DNA of 62,657 nt, counting the filler, from Nemertoderma westbladi (taxonomy: Eukaryota; Animalia; Xenacoelomorpha), in the NCBI GenBank assembly GCA_032718475.1. It is 5 parts of 5 records of this genome, joined end to end, with 100 filler letters (N's around TTAATTAATTAA, not from the genome) between each part and the next. Parts side by side here need not be neighbours in the genome. Positions count along the whole stretch, not along the records: positions 48,240 to 59,020 come from JAUCBJ010000617.1; positions 59,121 to 62,657 come from JAUCBJ010000216.1; 3 more parts are not named here. The stretch is one strand, 5' to 3'. Shown here piece by piece: positions 48,240 to 62,575 of the stretch. The translations under genes were made by a program, and so were the position numbers. The notes beneath the pieces are model-generated. The model was not told where the DNA came from. It was given only the letters and a program-made list of their open reading frames with translations, and did no database searches. Each line of letters opens with the position of its first letter. The stretch's first letter is position 1.

Positions 48240-48319
48240 TCCATGATCCCAGGTAACATAAGTCATCCACATGCTCAAGCATATCATCCTTTGAGCTTAT
48301 GCTCATCCGGTCAGAGACT

Positions 48320-49340
48320 TGCTGAGGACTTTCAAAGTTAACTGTCAAATTCGCGTGGCTCTCCTGTTGTGTACTGTGTACTGCTGGCCAATGCTGCGAT
48401 ATTTCAGCCGTTTCAGGTCTTCAGCAGATGCAGCCGCCAATCCAGGTTCGACGGCGGAGCGGATGACATTGCTTAGAGCAAATGTGTCAGTGCAAGTGGC
48501 ATCCCAGACAAGACAGCTTACTCACAGGGTGTGAGTAAGGGAAAATGGTCATCCCATCTGGGCGTTTGCCATCGTCTTTGTCTAGCCGGGTGGGCTCCAA
48601 TACAGAGGGGAAACCTGCGCTGATCAGGGCCCGACGAATGGTATCATTATGGCTGCATGCCGAGATGAACGGCCACCGCTGAATCGGCATGAGAGGGCAT
48701 GGTGCCCATATATGTCCAGTGTCCACAATAGACCCACACTTACAGCTATGTTGCTGATATACCGGGGCCCCTGGACTCGGCATCAAGGTTTGTTCCTAAT
48801 GATGGGATGGGGATTGTGTGCAGCCACATGCCGCCAGGAGGCGCGCTGTATCGACCTGGTTTGCCTGCAACAGTAGATCCTGCTGGACTTTTGTAGCTGA
48901 GATGGTAGCTATCCCATGCTCTTTGCAGTTCGCGTGCATTGCCTGATGGTTGTTCACTGACCTGGAACCTTTCTTTCCAGGTGGATATGGCATCGTCCAA
49001 CTCACACGAAGGCTCCAATCCGGTTGTTTTAGAGAGGATGGAGTTTACGAGATTGCTGGTCGAAAGGAGATGAAGCTTGGTAGAGCCAGGTCTCCAGCCT
49101 TGCGAACACCGAGTCTGACTGGCAGAGAAGCCTGGGACCAAGACTTGCAGTCAAGTTGTATGTTAGTGATTCTGGATAAGACTTCTTTGATTGTGAAATC
49201 CAGTTCTTTGATACCCGAAGCATTATTGAAGGTAGGACGACAAGTACGCAGGAGATACTGGAGCCGTGGGACAGCAAATCAGTTCTTGAGTTGTGTGAAG
49301 CCCTGGTGGGGATCGATATGATCAAACCGTTCAAGCCACC
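48320..49340 (-). mobile_element. Decayed CRE-type non-LTR retrotransposon (zinc knuckle plus restriction-like endonuclease)
   Basis: WLHTIPIPSLGTNLD, HSCKCGSIVD..GH, HNDTIRRALISAGFPSVLEPTRLDKDDGKRPDGMTIFPY, then VWDATCTDTFA in another frame. Confidence 0.85.
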
Positions 49341-49429
49341 AGTTTGTCCTGAAACTGGTGGTTATATGAACTGGTGGTAATGTGTAGCTATTCATACTTA
49401 ATAATTAATATTAAATTCCTCATAATTAA

Positions 49430-49850
49430 ACAAAATGTTCCAGAACATTGTGTATTTATTAAATGTAATAAATGGCATCTAGCGAATGATAATTCTTGCA
49501 ATCTTTAAACGCCTATATCTCAGCTGTTTCTCAACGAAATTTAGATATTGTTACATATTTCGAATCCTCGCAACGCAAGCTTTATAATGATATGAACAAA
49601 TTACGACTAATGTTAAGAATGGTAATGATAGAGAGGGTACGATTTCGCAAATGACACTTTTTTTTTAAAACGCCTATAAAAAAAAATTAAATTTAATGGC
49701 AAAATTGAAAATTCCGGCTTCATGGGGTCATCGACAGTGAGTGGAACTAGTTGTGTTTCAAATTTCAAGCAATGTGATAAAGATTTGTAGAAAACTTTGG
49801 GGGGGGGGGGCGTGTCATCAGAAAACGACACTATATTACGGGTCATGGTG
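49430..49850 (-). mobile_element. Dispersed repeat family A copy
   Basis: Inverted match to 830-1270, including the poly-G tract. Confidence 0.7.
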
Positions 49851-51554
49851 TAATTACTGTAGGCCTATACTGTGGCTAGTTATATATTCTGATATTGGCA
49901 TCGGACACACCCACAGACACATAGACTTTTGGAAAACGACCATAATTATAACAGTCACAGTTCGCTGATGGCTCGCAGTTCGGACTCGCCCATGTATAAC
50001 TTATACGATGGGTGGCGTTATCCGGCGGGTTGGTGGATCCTTAGCGAACTGACGCTGTTTAGGAGAGAGAGTGGGCCAGTACGTTGCCGTTGGAATTGTT
50101 TTATTAACATCAAAGTATACAAAATTAGGTTAAATCTATATGATACACAATCATTGCGGACGAGACAGGGGGGGGGGGGGGGGGGGACTGGACGCAGAAC
50201 CCGCCTTGGCGAATTTATATCCCTCCTCAATGTTAAATTCTCAATTTATGGAAAGGAGCAGGTTACAGTGGCACGTTACTTTAACCAAAACAATAAACTA
50301 AACACAATAGAACATGTTACAGTTTTACTTTTGAGAGTAATCATATGTTATTTGCGTCCAATTTCCCATGGAGAGGGCTGAATTTTTATATTTCTCGCGT
50401 AGTATTTTCACTGCTAATAACTTTGTCGGATTTAAAGCTGTCGAGTTGAAAATTAATAGGCACCAATAAGACCAAAAGGTGAGATTTTTGAAAGTCTCAA
50501 TCATTGCAAAAGACTTCCGCTAGAGGGCTACAAATTCAAACGACCTCCCATTTCTTAGTTTTTATTCCGGTGAAACTGAAATGACATACAGTAGATTATG
50601 TAGGCCTACTGGCCTACTAGACCATTAGCTGTGACCTTGTGTGAAGGCAAAAGCCGTCTTTATAATTCGCTAAGCATAGAGCATTCAAGACTCGTTACTG
50701 TAGATTTGTGGGGACGCCGATGCAGCTGCGGTTTTCTGGTCTGCCGCTAGAGGGTGAAATTTCCAAAAGGAAAACCTGCCATTTGTATTATTATTTATAA
50801 TAAATATATCTTATTTACCAAGCGAGAGAACCAGGCGGGGTGCAAATCTAGCTGATGGAGATCGTCTTGTAGATCACTTGTTTTTAAGCATAAAAGCGGA
50901 ATCGGTAGCCAAAATTCAGAAATTTAATAAAATTTACGATACCTGATTGTTGATAATAGATACTGTAATCGTGCTGATGGATAATTATATTTTCAATTAG
51001 AACCTAACCCTAGTCACTGGTACATATTTATTCTTCCTTGATAACATAATTAATTATAACATAATAATTAATTAATCAAATACAAATTAATTATGTGATA
51101 TAAACCGGACTTACAAAGAGTTCGAAATTGAAGTAAAAAATGAATTCGCCACCGGGTGTAACGTTGAGTGTGTTGTTTATAAACTACATGATATAAATGT
51201 CGCAACTTTAATTACAACCATATGTAAAGTATAGTATAGTAGTAGTGTACACGTTCGTGGGGCCTTCGCGCAGGACGAGGCCCAGTTATGAGATACAAAT
51301 TAAATTGAGCGATTGTATCACAAAATCAGTATTTGAGAAATTTAGCCACAACACCAATTAATCAAAGAAAGGGGTACAGTACGTGTTCAGCCCTTTTAAT
51401 CTGCACCCCCCCCCCCCCCCCCCCCCCCGTTCCTACCAACCAATACATAGCCGCGACATCTACCACCCAAGGGGCGAAAGGGTAGCATAAACTTATTTCC
51501 AATCACACGTTCAATATGCGAAGCCATGTGGCATATAGGAAATATCGAGAATTC

Positions 51555-51975
51555 GAGAAAATCGAGAATACGAGAAACTCGATCGAAATACCTGCTCATC
51601 CCAGTATCCGTCCGTAAGTCACCGGACAGCTGCGGTTTATTCCCGTAGTACAGTAGAATTCCCGCAGCTTCCGACCCAATTCGACAACGAATTCGCCTCA
51701 CACGTTCGCGTGGCAGAGAACGTAATCCGGTGCGATACACATCTGCCCGACTTTCAACAATTTCCCCCAGGCGATCCCAGGATCCGGTTGTCCGGGCCGC
51801 CGCTAAACCCAAATCGCAATCCTCGTCGATTCGTCCAGTCGTCGACGTAATTCGGACTCTTCCCACCGCACTCCAAGGTGGGTGGCCTGAGTGAGGCATG
51901 AGGAACTTGGCAGTGGCCCGCATTACGATCCGACCAACCGCCATATTCCCAGTGTAGTAAATAGAATCTTGGAAA
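51555..51975 (-). pseudogene. Second ALDH3 pseudogene fragment
   Basis: IYYTGNMAVGRIVMRATAKFLMP, TLECGGKSPNYVD, DCDLGLAA and GQMCIAPDY across frameshifts; nucleotide similarity to the 25460-27882 copy. Confidence 0.85.
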
Positions 51976-53204
51976 CTGACAAGCAAGCAATTCCATAGTA
52001 TTTATTCCTCAGTTAATCGCATCTTGATGCCACTCGGCTGCTCGGGTCCAGATACATCGGACTGTCGGAAGCTGTTTAGATGAAGAAGTTATTTAGATGG
52101 CCTTGCCAACGACCAACGACCTGAAGACGGTACCGGTAACTCTGTACCACTGTAACTGTTAACAGTACCGGTACCGTACTGTAATCCTGTAGTCTCCTAG
52201 CAACCAGCTGATGCCAAGCCTAATAATTTTTGGGTAGATAAATTTATTATAACTGTAAGACAGTTACACAGATGCTGCACGAAGACCCCACGCAAATTCA
52301 ACTTGGAAAATTTCTAAACTTTGGCCAGCATTAACATTTGGCTGAGTTATTAACGTTTAAAATTGGACACGACAGAACAACAGATCGACAGATCAACAGA
52401 ACAACAGACACACCGATTGAGTTAGTGGTACCTGTATGCTAAGCTCGCTTACTTTCGTCGCTCGCCCCACAGTGCATAGCAGCCACAGTACGTGAGAACA
52501 GAAACCTTATTCTTATTCATAAGCCCTACCACCATGCTACAGTATTTGTTACCATGATAGTGCTTCCCTATAATAATAAATGGGCTGCCAACGCTACAAC
52601 GACAGTAGTGTGGATATGAGGAGTACTTCCTATACTGTATCACTGCCTGTATGTATGAAATGAAGTCCTAAACTGTACGCCGATATTCATAAATTTTCAG
52701 CCCAAAATCGGCTTCACTTCACATTGTGGTCTACTGACTAATCACCAGCCTACATTCGCCATAAAACGATTGCCTTTACACTTTCTGCAGAATTATTTGC
52801 TTTGTCTTGAACGGAATGACGTAGTTCTTGGTAAATCAAGTGGATATTGAAAATAATGTTTATTAATCAAATAATCATTACGTATCCAGTAGTTAACGAT
52901 GTGATCAACATTTCGGCACAACGAACAAAATACAAACAGCAACAGTGCGCAACATTGAAAATTAAAAAGAAGCGATGGAACTGGGGGTCTAGAAGTCGTT
53001 GATGCTGATGAATTTGTATAAAAGGAGGTTGAAGTAATCAATTAAATAACTCCTTTATTCTACAAACAAATTATCATATTAATAAATTTGAATAAACAAG
53101 TTCAAAGAAACAATCAATAAAAATTATATACAAAATAATCGTTACAAAGCACCAAATAGTGGAGGCGAACAGCAGAAACTTTCATGTTTAAGTTTGACCA
53201 TGGA

Positions 53205-56200
53205 ATGCTTAATAGAGATATGATATATAGAGATATGCTATATAGAGATATGCTATATAGAGATATGCTATATAGAGATATGCTATATAGAGATATGCTA
53301 TATAGAGATATGCTATATAGAGATATGCTATATAGAGATATGCTATATAGAGATATGCTATATAGAGATATGCTATATAGAGATATGCTATATAGAGATA
53401 TGCTATATAGAGATATGCTATATAGAGATATGCTAAATAGAGATATGCTATATAGAGATATGCTATATAGAGATATGCTATATAGAGATATGCTATATAG
53501 AGATATGCTATATAGAGATATGCTAAATAGAGATATGCTATATAGAGATATGCTATATAGAGATATGCTATATAGAGATATGCTAAATAGAGATATGCTA
53601 TATAGAGATATGCTATATAGAGATATGCTATATAGAGATATGCTATATAGAGATATGCTATATAGAGATATGCTATATAGAGATATGCTATATAGAGATA
53701 TGCTATATAGAGATATGCTATATAGAGATATGCTATATAGAGATATGCTAAATAGAGATATGCTATATAGAGATATGCTATATAGAGATATGCTATATAG
53801 AGATATGCTATATAGAGATATGCTATATAGAGATATGCTATATAGAGATATGCTATATAGAGATATGCTATATAGAGATATGCTATATAGAGATATGCTA
53901 TATAGAGATATGCTATATAGAGATATGCTATATAGAGATATGCTATATAGAGATATGCTATATAGAGATATGCTATATAGAGATATGCTATATAGAGATA
54001 TGCTATATAGAGATATGCTATATAGAGATATGCTATATAGAGATATGCTATATAGAGATATGCTATATAGAGATATGCTATATAGAGATATGCTATATAG
54101 AGATATGCTATATAGAGATATGCTATATAGAGATATGCTATATAGAGATATGCTATATAGAGATATGCTATATAGAGTATGCTATATAGAGATATGCTAT
54201 ATAGAGATATGCTATATAGAGATATGCTATATAGAGATATGCTAAATAGAGATATGCTATATAGAGATATGCTATATAGAGATATGCTATATAGAGATAT
54301 GCTATATAGAGATATGCTATATAGAGATATGCTATATAGAGATATGCTATATAGAGATATGCTATATAGAGATATGCTATATAGAGATATGCTATATAGA
54401 GATATGCTATATAGAGATATGCTATATAGAGATATGCTATATAGAGATATGCTATATAGAGATATGCTATATAGAGAGATATGCTACATAGAGATATGCT
54501 ATATAGAGATATGCTACATAGAGATATGCTTAATAGAGATATGCTATATAGAGATATGCTATATAGAGATATGCTACATAGAGATATGCTATATAGAGAT
54601 ATGCTATATAGAGAATGCTTAATAGAGATATGCTATATAGAGATATGCTATATAGAGATATGCTACATAGAGATATGCTATATAGAGATATGCTATATAG
54701 AGATATGCTATATAGAGAATGCTTAATAGAGATATGCTATATAGAGATATGCTATATAGAGATATGCTACATAGAGATATGCTATATAGAGATATGCTAC
54801 ATAGAGATATGCTATATAGAGATATTCTATATAGAGATATGCTATATAGAGATATGCTACATAGAGATATGCTATATAGAGATATGCTATATAGAGATAT
54901 GCTATATAGAGATATGCTATATAGAGAATGCTAAATATAGATATGCTATATAGAGATACGCTATATAGAGATACGCTACATAGAGATATGCTATATAGAG
55001 ATATACTACATAGAGATATGCTATATAGAGATATGCTATATAGAGATATGCTATATAGAGATATGCTACATAGAGATATGCTATATAGAGATATGCTATA
55101 TAGAGATATGCTATATAGAGAATGCTAAATATAGATATGCTATATAGAGATATGCTATATAGAGATATGCTATATAGAGATATGCTATATAGAGATATGC
55201 TATATAGAGATATGCTATATAGAGAATGCTAAATATAGATATGCTATATAGAGATATGCTATATAGAGATATGCTACATAGAGATATGCTATATAAAGAT
55301 ATGCTACATAGAGATATGCTATATAGAGATATGCTATATAGAGATATGCTATATATAGATATGCTACATAGAGATATGCTATATAGAGATATGCTATATA
55401 GAGATATGCTATATAGAGATATGCTATATAGAGATATGCTATATAGAGATATGCTATATAGAGATATGCTAAATAGAGATATGCTATATAGAGATATGCT
55501 ATATAGAGAATGCTAAATATAGATATGCTATATAGAGATATGCTATATAGAGAATGCTAAATATAGATATGCTATATATAGATATGCTATATAGAGATAT
55601 GCTAAATAGAGATATGCTATATAGAGATATGCTAAATAGAGATATGCTATATAGAGATATGCTATATAGAGAATGCTAAATATAGATATGCTATATAGAG
55701 ATATGCTATATAGAGAATGCTAAATATAGATATGCTATAAAGAGATATGCTATATAGAGATATGCTATAGAGATATGCTTAATAGAGATATGCTATATAG
55801 AGATATGCTATATAGAGATATGCTATATAGAGATATGCTAAATAGAGATATGCTATATAGAGATATGCTATATAGAGAATGCTAAATATAGATATGCTAT
55901 ATAGAGATATGCTATATAGAGAATGCTAAATATAGATATGCTATAAAGAGATATGCTATATAGAGATATGCTATATAGAGAATGCTAAATATAGATATGC
56001 TATATAGAGATATGCTATATAGAGAATGCTAAATATAGATATGCTATATATAGATATGCTATATAGAGATATGCTAAATAGAGATATGCTATATAGAGAT
56101 ATGCTAAATAGAGATATGCTATATAGAGATATGCTATATAGAGAATGCTAAATATAGATATGCTATATAGAGATATGCTATATAGAGAATGCTAAATATA

Positions 56201-57450
56201 GATATGCTATAAAGAGATATGCTATATAGAGATATGCTATAGAGATATGCTTAATAGAGATATGCTATATAGAGATATGCTATATAGAGATATGCTATAT
56301 AGAGATATGCTAAATAGAGATATGCTATATAGAGATATGCTATATAGAGAATGCTAAATATAGATATGCTATATAGAGATATGCTATATAGAGAATGCTA
56401 AATATAGATATGCTATAAAGAGATATGCTATATAGAGATATGCTATAGAGATATGCTTAATAGAGATATGCTATATAGAGATATGCTATATAGAGATATG
56501 CTAAATAGAGATATGCTATATAGAGATATGCTATATAGATAATGCTAAATATAGATATGCTATATAGAGATATGCTATATAGAGATATGCTAAATAGAGA
56601 TATGCTAAATAGAGATATGCTATATATAGATATGCTATATAGAGATATGCTATATAGAGATATGCTATATAGAGATATGCTATATAGAGATATGCCATAT
56701 AGAGATATGCCATATAGAGATATGCTATATAGAGATCTCTTATAGAGATATGATATATAGAGATATGCTATAAAGAGATATGCTATATAGATATATGCTA
56801 TATAGAGATATGCTACATAGAGATATGCTATATAGATATATGCTATATAGAGATATGCTACATAGAGATATGCTATATAGAGATATGCTATTTAGAGATA
56901 TACTATATAGAGATATGCTAAATAGAGATATGCCATATAGAGATATGCTATATAGAGATATGCTATAGAGATATGCTATATAGAGATATGCTAAATAGAG
57001 ATATGCTATATAGAGATCTCTATATAGAGATATGCTATATAGAGATATGCCATATAGAGATATGCTATATAGAGGTATGCTAGAGATATGCTAAATAGAG
57101 AATGCTATATAGAGATATCTATATAGATATATGCTATATAGATATATGCTATATAGAGATATGCTATATAGAGATATGCTACATAGATATATGCTATATA
57201 GAGACATGCTATATAGAGATATGCTATATAGAGATATGCTACATAGAGATATGCTATATAGATATATGCTATATAGAGATATACTATATAGAGATATGCT
57301 AAATAGAGATATGCCATATAGAGATATGCTATATAGGGATATGCTATATAGAGATCTCTATATAGAGATATGCTATTAAAGATATGCTATATAGAGATAT
57401 GCTATATAAAGATATGCTATATCGAGAAATGCTATATAAAGATCTCTATA
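53205..57450. repeat. 15-bp satellite (ATATGCTATATAGAG)n, about 4.2 kb
   Basis: Near-perfect array at left, variant-rich at right. Confidence 0.99.
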
Positions 57451-57551
57451 TAGCTTTCCATGGTTTGGTATACAAAAATCTTGAATAGATTGGAAATTCA
57501 AACAGGTCTTTGGATACAGAACAAATTCAAAATAAAAAAAATATATTGACG

Positions 57552-59020
57552 TTACATTCGAAACCATGTCTATCGGCAACCATTAATTACGCGGTCCATT
57601 ACATTCGAACCCATGTCTATCGGCAACCATTCATTACGCGGTCCATTACATTCGAACCCATGTCTATCGGCAACCATTCATTACGCGGTCCATTACATTC
57701 GAACCCATGTCTATCGGCAACCATTCATTACGCGGTCCATTACATTCAAACCCATGTCTATCGGCAACCATTCATTACGCGGTCCATTACATTCGAACCC
57801 ATGTCTATCGGTAACCATTCATTACGCGGTCCATTACATTCGAACCCATGTCTATCGGCAACCATTCATTACGCGGTCCATTACATTCAAACCCATGTCT
57901 ATCGGCAACCATTCATTACGCGGTCCATTACATTCGAACCCATGTCTATCGGCAACCATTCATTACGCGGTCCATTACATTCGAACCCATGTCTATCGGC
58001 AACCATTCATTACACGGTCCATTACATTCGAACCAATGTCTATCGGCAACCATTAATTACGCGGTCCATTACATTCAAACCCATGTCTATCGGCAACCAT
58101 TAATTACGCGGTCCATTACATTCGAACCCATGTCTATCGGCAACCATGCATTACGCGGTCCATTACATTCGAACCCATGTCTATCCGCAACCATTCATTA
58201 CGCGGCCCATTACATTCGAACACATGTCTATCGGCAACCATTCATTACACGGTCCATTACATTCGAACCAATGTCTATCGGCAACCATTAATTACGCGGT
58301 TCATTACATTCAAACCCATGTCTATCGGCAACCATTCATTACGCGGTCCATTACATTCGAACCCATGTCTATCGGCAACCATGCATTACGCGGTCCATTA
58401 CATTCGAACCCATGTCTATCGGCAACCATTCATTACGCGGTCCATTACATTCGAACCCATGTCTATCGGCAACCATTCATTACGCGGTCCATTACATTCG
58501 AACACATGTCTATCGGCAACCATGCATTACGCGGTCCATTACATTCGAACCCATGTCTATCGGCAACCATTCATTACGCGGTCCATTACATTCGAACTCA
58601 TGTCTATCGGCAACCATTCATTACGCGGTCCATTACATTCGAACCCATGTCTATCGGCAACCATTCATTACGCGGTCCATTACATTCGAACCCATGTCTA
58701 TCGGCAACCATGCATTACGCGGTCCATTACATTCGAACCCATGTCTATCGGCAACCATTCATTACGCGGTCCATTACATTCGAACCCATGTCTATCGGCA
58801 ACCATTCATTACGCGGTCCATTACATTCGAACCCATGTCTATCGGCAACCATTCATTACGCGGTCCATTACATTCGAACCCATGTCTATCGGCAACCATT
58901 CATTACGCGGTCCATTACATTCGAACCCATGTCTATCGGCAACCATGCATTACGCGGTCCATTACATTCGAACCCATGTCTATCGGCAACCATTCATTAC
59001 GCGGTCCATTACATTCGAAC
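57552..59020. repeat. 47-bp tandem satellite, about 31 copies, running into the gap
   Basis: Unit CCATGTCTATCGGCAACCATTCATTACGCGGTCCATTACATTCGAAC with no spacers. Confidence 0.99.
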
Positions 59021-59120
59021 NNNNNNNNNNNNNNNNNNNNNNNNNNNNNNNNNNNNNNNNNNNNTTAATTAATTAANNNNNNNNNNNNNNNNNNNNNNNN
59101 NNNNNNNNNNNNNNNNNNNN
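59021..59120. other. Artificial contig spacer
   Basis: N44-TTAATTAATTAA-N44. Confidence 0.97.
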
Positions 59121-60403
59121 ATTTAGGTGCACCCAAAATTATGTACCACTAAGAATTGAGACTTCTATATTACTTTCAATCGATTAAGCGGGCCAGAAAA
59201 CCCATAAAAATACGTTGAAATCAAAACTTCGGAGTATTTAACGAATATTGCAATTTTGAAAATTGGAAGTGCCACGCCCTAATTATAGTGCACCAAAAAT
59301 GACGTACCACTTCCCTTACATACTTATATAGAGTAGTAGAGTGCTCCATACGAATCAGAACCAATAAAAAAGCCCCTATATAAAGAATTACTAACTCACA
59401 AATGACCTTGTAAAATTCGAAAATTTCAAAAAAAATTCTGCTGGGGACCAAATTTTGAGGTGGCACCCACATCGAAAAGTTGAAATCTTATTGCAACGCC
59501 GTTTTTTGCAAAAGATGCGCCATTAAATTTGACTAATTCTCGTAAAAAAATTGGGCTGGTACATAATGTGGTTGCATATAATGTGGTTGCATAGATACCC
59601 CAATTAAAAACTAGGAAAGGGCTGTTTTTTTATTAAAAATTGATTAATTAAATTTATTAATTTAAAAATTTATTATTTATTAATTTATTTATTATTTAAT
59701 TTACTATTAATTAATTTATTATTTATTTTACTATTAATTTAAATTTACTATTAATTATTGCCTATTAATTATTAATAATTATTATAATTATTATTTAATT
59801 ACTACCTAATAAACATTATAATATAATGTTAATTATTAATTTAACTACCGAACGCAATAAAATATTATTCACAAATAGTAATAATAATACAATAGTTAAG
59901 ATTAAATCAAAATAAGTTTTATGTCATGAAATGGATGGTAAATTTTTAGATATTAGGAGATAGGGATGTTGTTAGCGTTGTCATATAATGAAATGGAAAG
60001 ATATTTTATAATAATTTTTGACAATAAAATATTGTGCAAGGCAAACTTTTCTGTGGAATTAATTTGGAAATTATAATATCAGAATATTGAACATATTTAT
60101 TTAATATGATTGATAACTGAAATTAATATGGCAGATAACTGTTTTTACTTTCGGTCAAATAACTGAAATTAATATGGCAGATAACTGTTTTTACTTTCGG
60201 TCAATGTGCACCACAATCACATTTATAATTAATTGTAATACTGCCACAGCACAGAAACATATTGGTTTCGTAAAATAAATCAGTGGTTTTTTTTACTTAA
60301 ATGGGGATATCGAAATTAAGCAAGAATACAAATAATTAGATAGAAATATTACCACATTGAAATATTTTCTTTACAGATGTGTCGAGACAGGCAAACTCTT
60401 TGT

Positions 60404-60434
<31 letters not shown>

Positions 60435-60904
60435 AATTTTTTTTTAATTTTTTTTTCAAAAAGAAAATTTGTCCGGAATTTCCCTTCCCTGGGAAATTCC
60501 GGACAAATTGGATTTTTAAAAAATGGAGATGTAGAAACCTACATGCATGTCTGGAATTTCCCAATTGCGGGATATTCCAGACATTAATTGTTTATTTCTA
60601 CACTTACAATGAGTTTATAACAAAGAAACCAGCAAGTAGGCATAAACTGGAAATAAGATTTCATAGCCAAGACAACAGTGAACAGATACATACTGGTGCA
60701 TATATAATCACCCTTAGTATTGTTCAGTATAGTACAGTTCTGCAGTTCCCCAGATGTTCTAAGTATATACAAAATGCTATATAGTAGGTAATCATTATTG
60801 GTTCTGCACTTTAGTTGATATCATTATTATCACTATTTATCATTATTGCATTTATTATCACTATTTATCATTATTGCATTTAGTTTAGTACTACAGTTTA
60901 GATA

Positions 60905-61648
60905 AAAGCTCCTCAATAATGACAGGGTATTGCCTGATAACTTTATAGAAATAAAAGTGTCTGAGTCTGTACTCCCAGATATTCCCATTGGCGATATCCC
61001 CTTTGCAGAAGTGAAGGCTACTGCAAAGAGCATTAAGACCAATCGTGCCAGTGGAGTAGATGGTGTTCCCCCTGAGGTCTTTAAAATACCTGAGTGTTTA
61101 AAGCTCATCTATCCCATCATAGTAGACATGAACCGAACAACAAGAGTCCCACAAGAAATGAAAACAAATAAGTTGGTGCCAGTTCCCAAGAAGGGCAACC
61201 TAACACTCTATGGTTCTTTTCAAGGAATCTCATTGATTTCGATTGCCGCAAAGCTATACAATAGATTTCTATTAAACTGCATCATGGATCCCATTGAGAG
61301 ACTGCTCTGTGGAAATCAAAATGGGTTCCATAAAGGTCGTGGGACCATGGAGCCCATTGTGGCACTTAGAAGGATAATTGAAGAGTTATCAAAAAAGAAA
61401 GACAGGCATCTGGCTGTTATCTTTGTTGACTTCTTCAAGGCCTTTGATTCAGTCTCTTGCTCACGCATGTTCACCATACTTTCATTATATGGATTTCCTG
61501 GTGAAATTATTGCAGCAATTAGATCAGTATACAATGGTTCAACAATATTTGTGTCTACCATAACCATTTGAAGTGTTATGGGGAGTCCTTCAGGGACTAC
61601 GCATGTCATTAGATTATCATAATGATGATGGGGTGATGGTAACTCCAG
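60905..61648 (+). mobile_element. RTE-clade LINE fragment, same family as 14821-16235
   Basis: Highly similar nucleotide sequence; NQNGF and FVDFFKAFDSV; internally deleted and truncated at both ends. Confidence 0.9.
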
Positions 61649-62299
61649 TAGTTGTCAGCTGTCGGTTGTCGGCGTAGCGTTTACACCCGAAATGGATATA
61701 ACTTTATGTTGCAAAAGACAATGAATTTAGATTTTTCGAGTTACGAATATACACTATCGCCACCTTTTGGTGTAGGGGAGAATACAACTAGTTTGAATCT
61801 ATGTACGGGGATATAACAGAACAACTATGTACGAGATACTTCTTCGAATAATAGAACAATTAGTTAATGCGTTACTACAATTAGTTAACAAAAAGTTAAG
61901 TTAATTTACAATTAAGTAATTACAAGTAGAACAATTAGAACTAGCTATTTGAACAAATTCCAGAACTATGTTTACCTACTAAAAACAAATTTTAATATAA
62001 TTAAACATATAATAATAATAACTATAAATATTACAAATTTCCAGTTTTTATTTTCCTTTTTAATTACCATGATTAACTTGCCTTTTTCTTACTGGTTATT
62101 ACTGTATTATTATCTTTTTCTTTAATACCAGTTTTTAATTGCCTTTTTTTATTGGTTTTTCTTTCCATTTTTTTTAAGAATGCCTGGACTATCGCTAAGC
62201 AGCCTTTTAAGTGCTGCTCCGATTCGTCTCAGATTATACAATATTATTTAATCTCTTCATAATTTGATATAATTATATATAGATTTTGCGATAACCGGA

Positions 62300-62575
62300 G
62301 GATGGCGTTCACCCCTCTACTGGTAGGCACCACTGGCACTGATGGTGTATGGTGCGTTGAGGCCCAGATCTTAATCCGCCATCTCGCCGAGACACTTGTG
62401 TCGAGGCGGGACGGTATGAGAGAGAGGGGCCTCGCGTGCGTTCTGGGGGGGTGTTCGCCGGCGGTTGCAGTTCGCGCTCCTCCAGTCCAACTCCATGTGC
62501 CTCCGAGGGGGACGTCGGTCTTGGCGGGCTCTGGGATTTGGCGACGGGGCGGGTCTGCGCGGTGTTGGGCTGGCA
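62300..62575 (+). pseudogene. CRE-type retrotransposon 3' fragment
   Basis: FTPLLV..TDGVWCVEAQILIRHLAETL..GMRERGLACVLGG; paralog of 1760-2000. Confidence 0.6.

Noticed and set aside
51396-51986. 196-aa ORF as a functional aldehyde dehydrogenase
   Set aside because: Conserved motifs are split across frames and both termini are missing; pseudogene fragment
52370-52470. Possible Helentron/DINE-like end (ACAGA repeats, GCTCGCT..TCGCTCGCC), similar to ~49900-49990
   Set aside because: Only a vague resemblance; the other end and boundaries could not be identified
53184-57379. (DMLYR)n and (IEICY)n ORFs
   Set aside because: Translation of a 15-bp satellite; no synonymous-site pattern and frequent frameshifts
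57552-59020. 47-bp repeat as a CRISPR array or repeat protein
   Set aside because: Units are directly adjacent with no unique spacers, no cas genes are present, and the period is not a multiple of three
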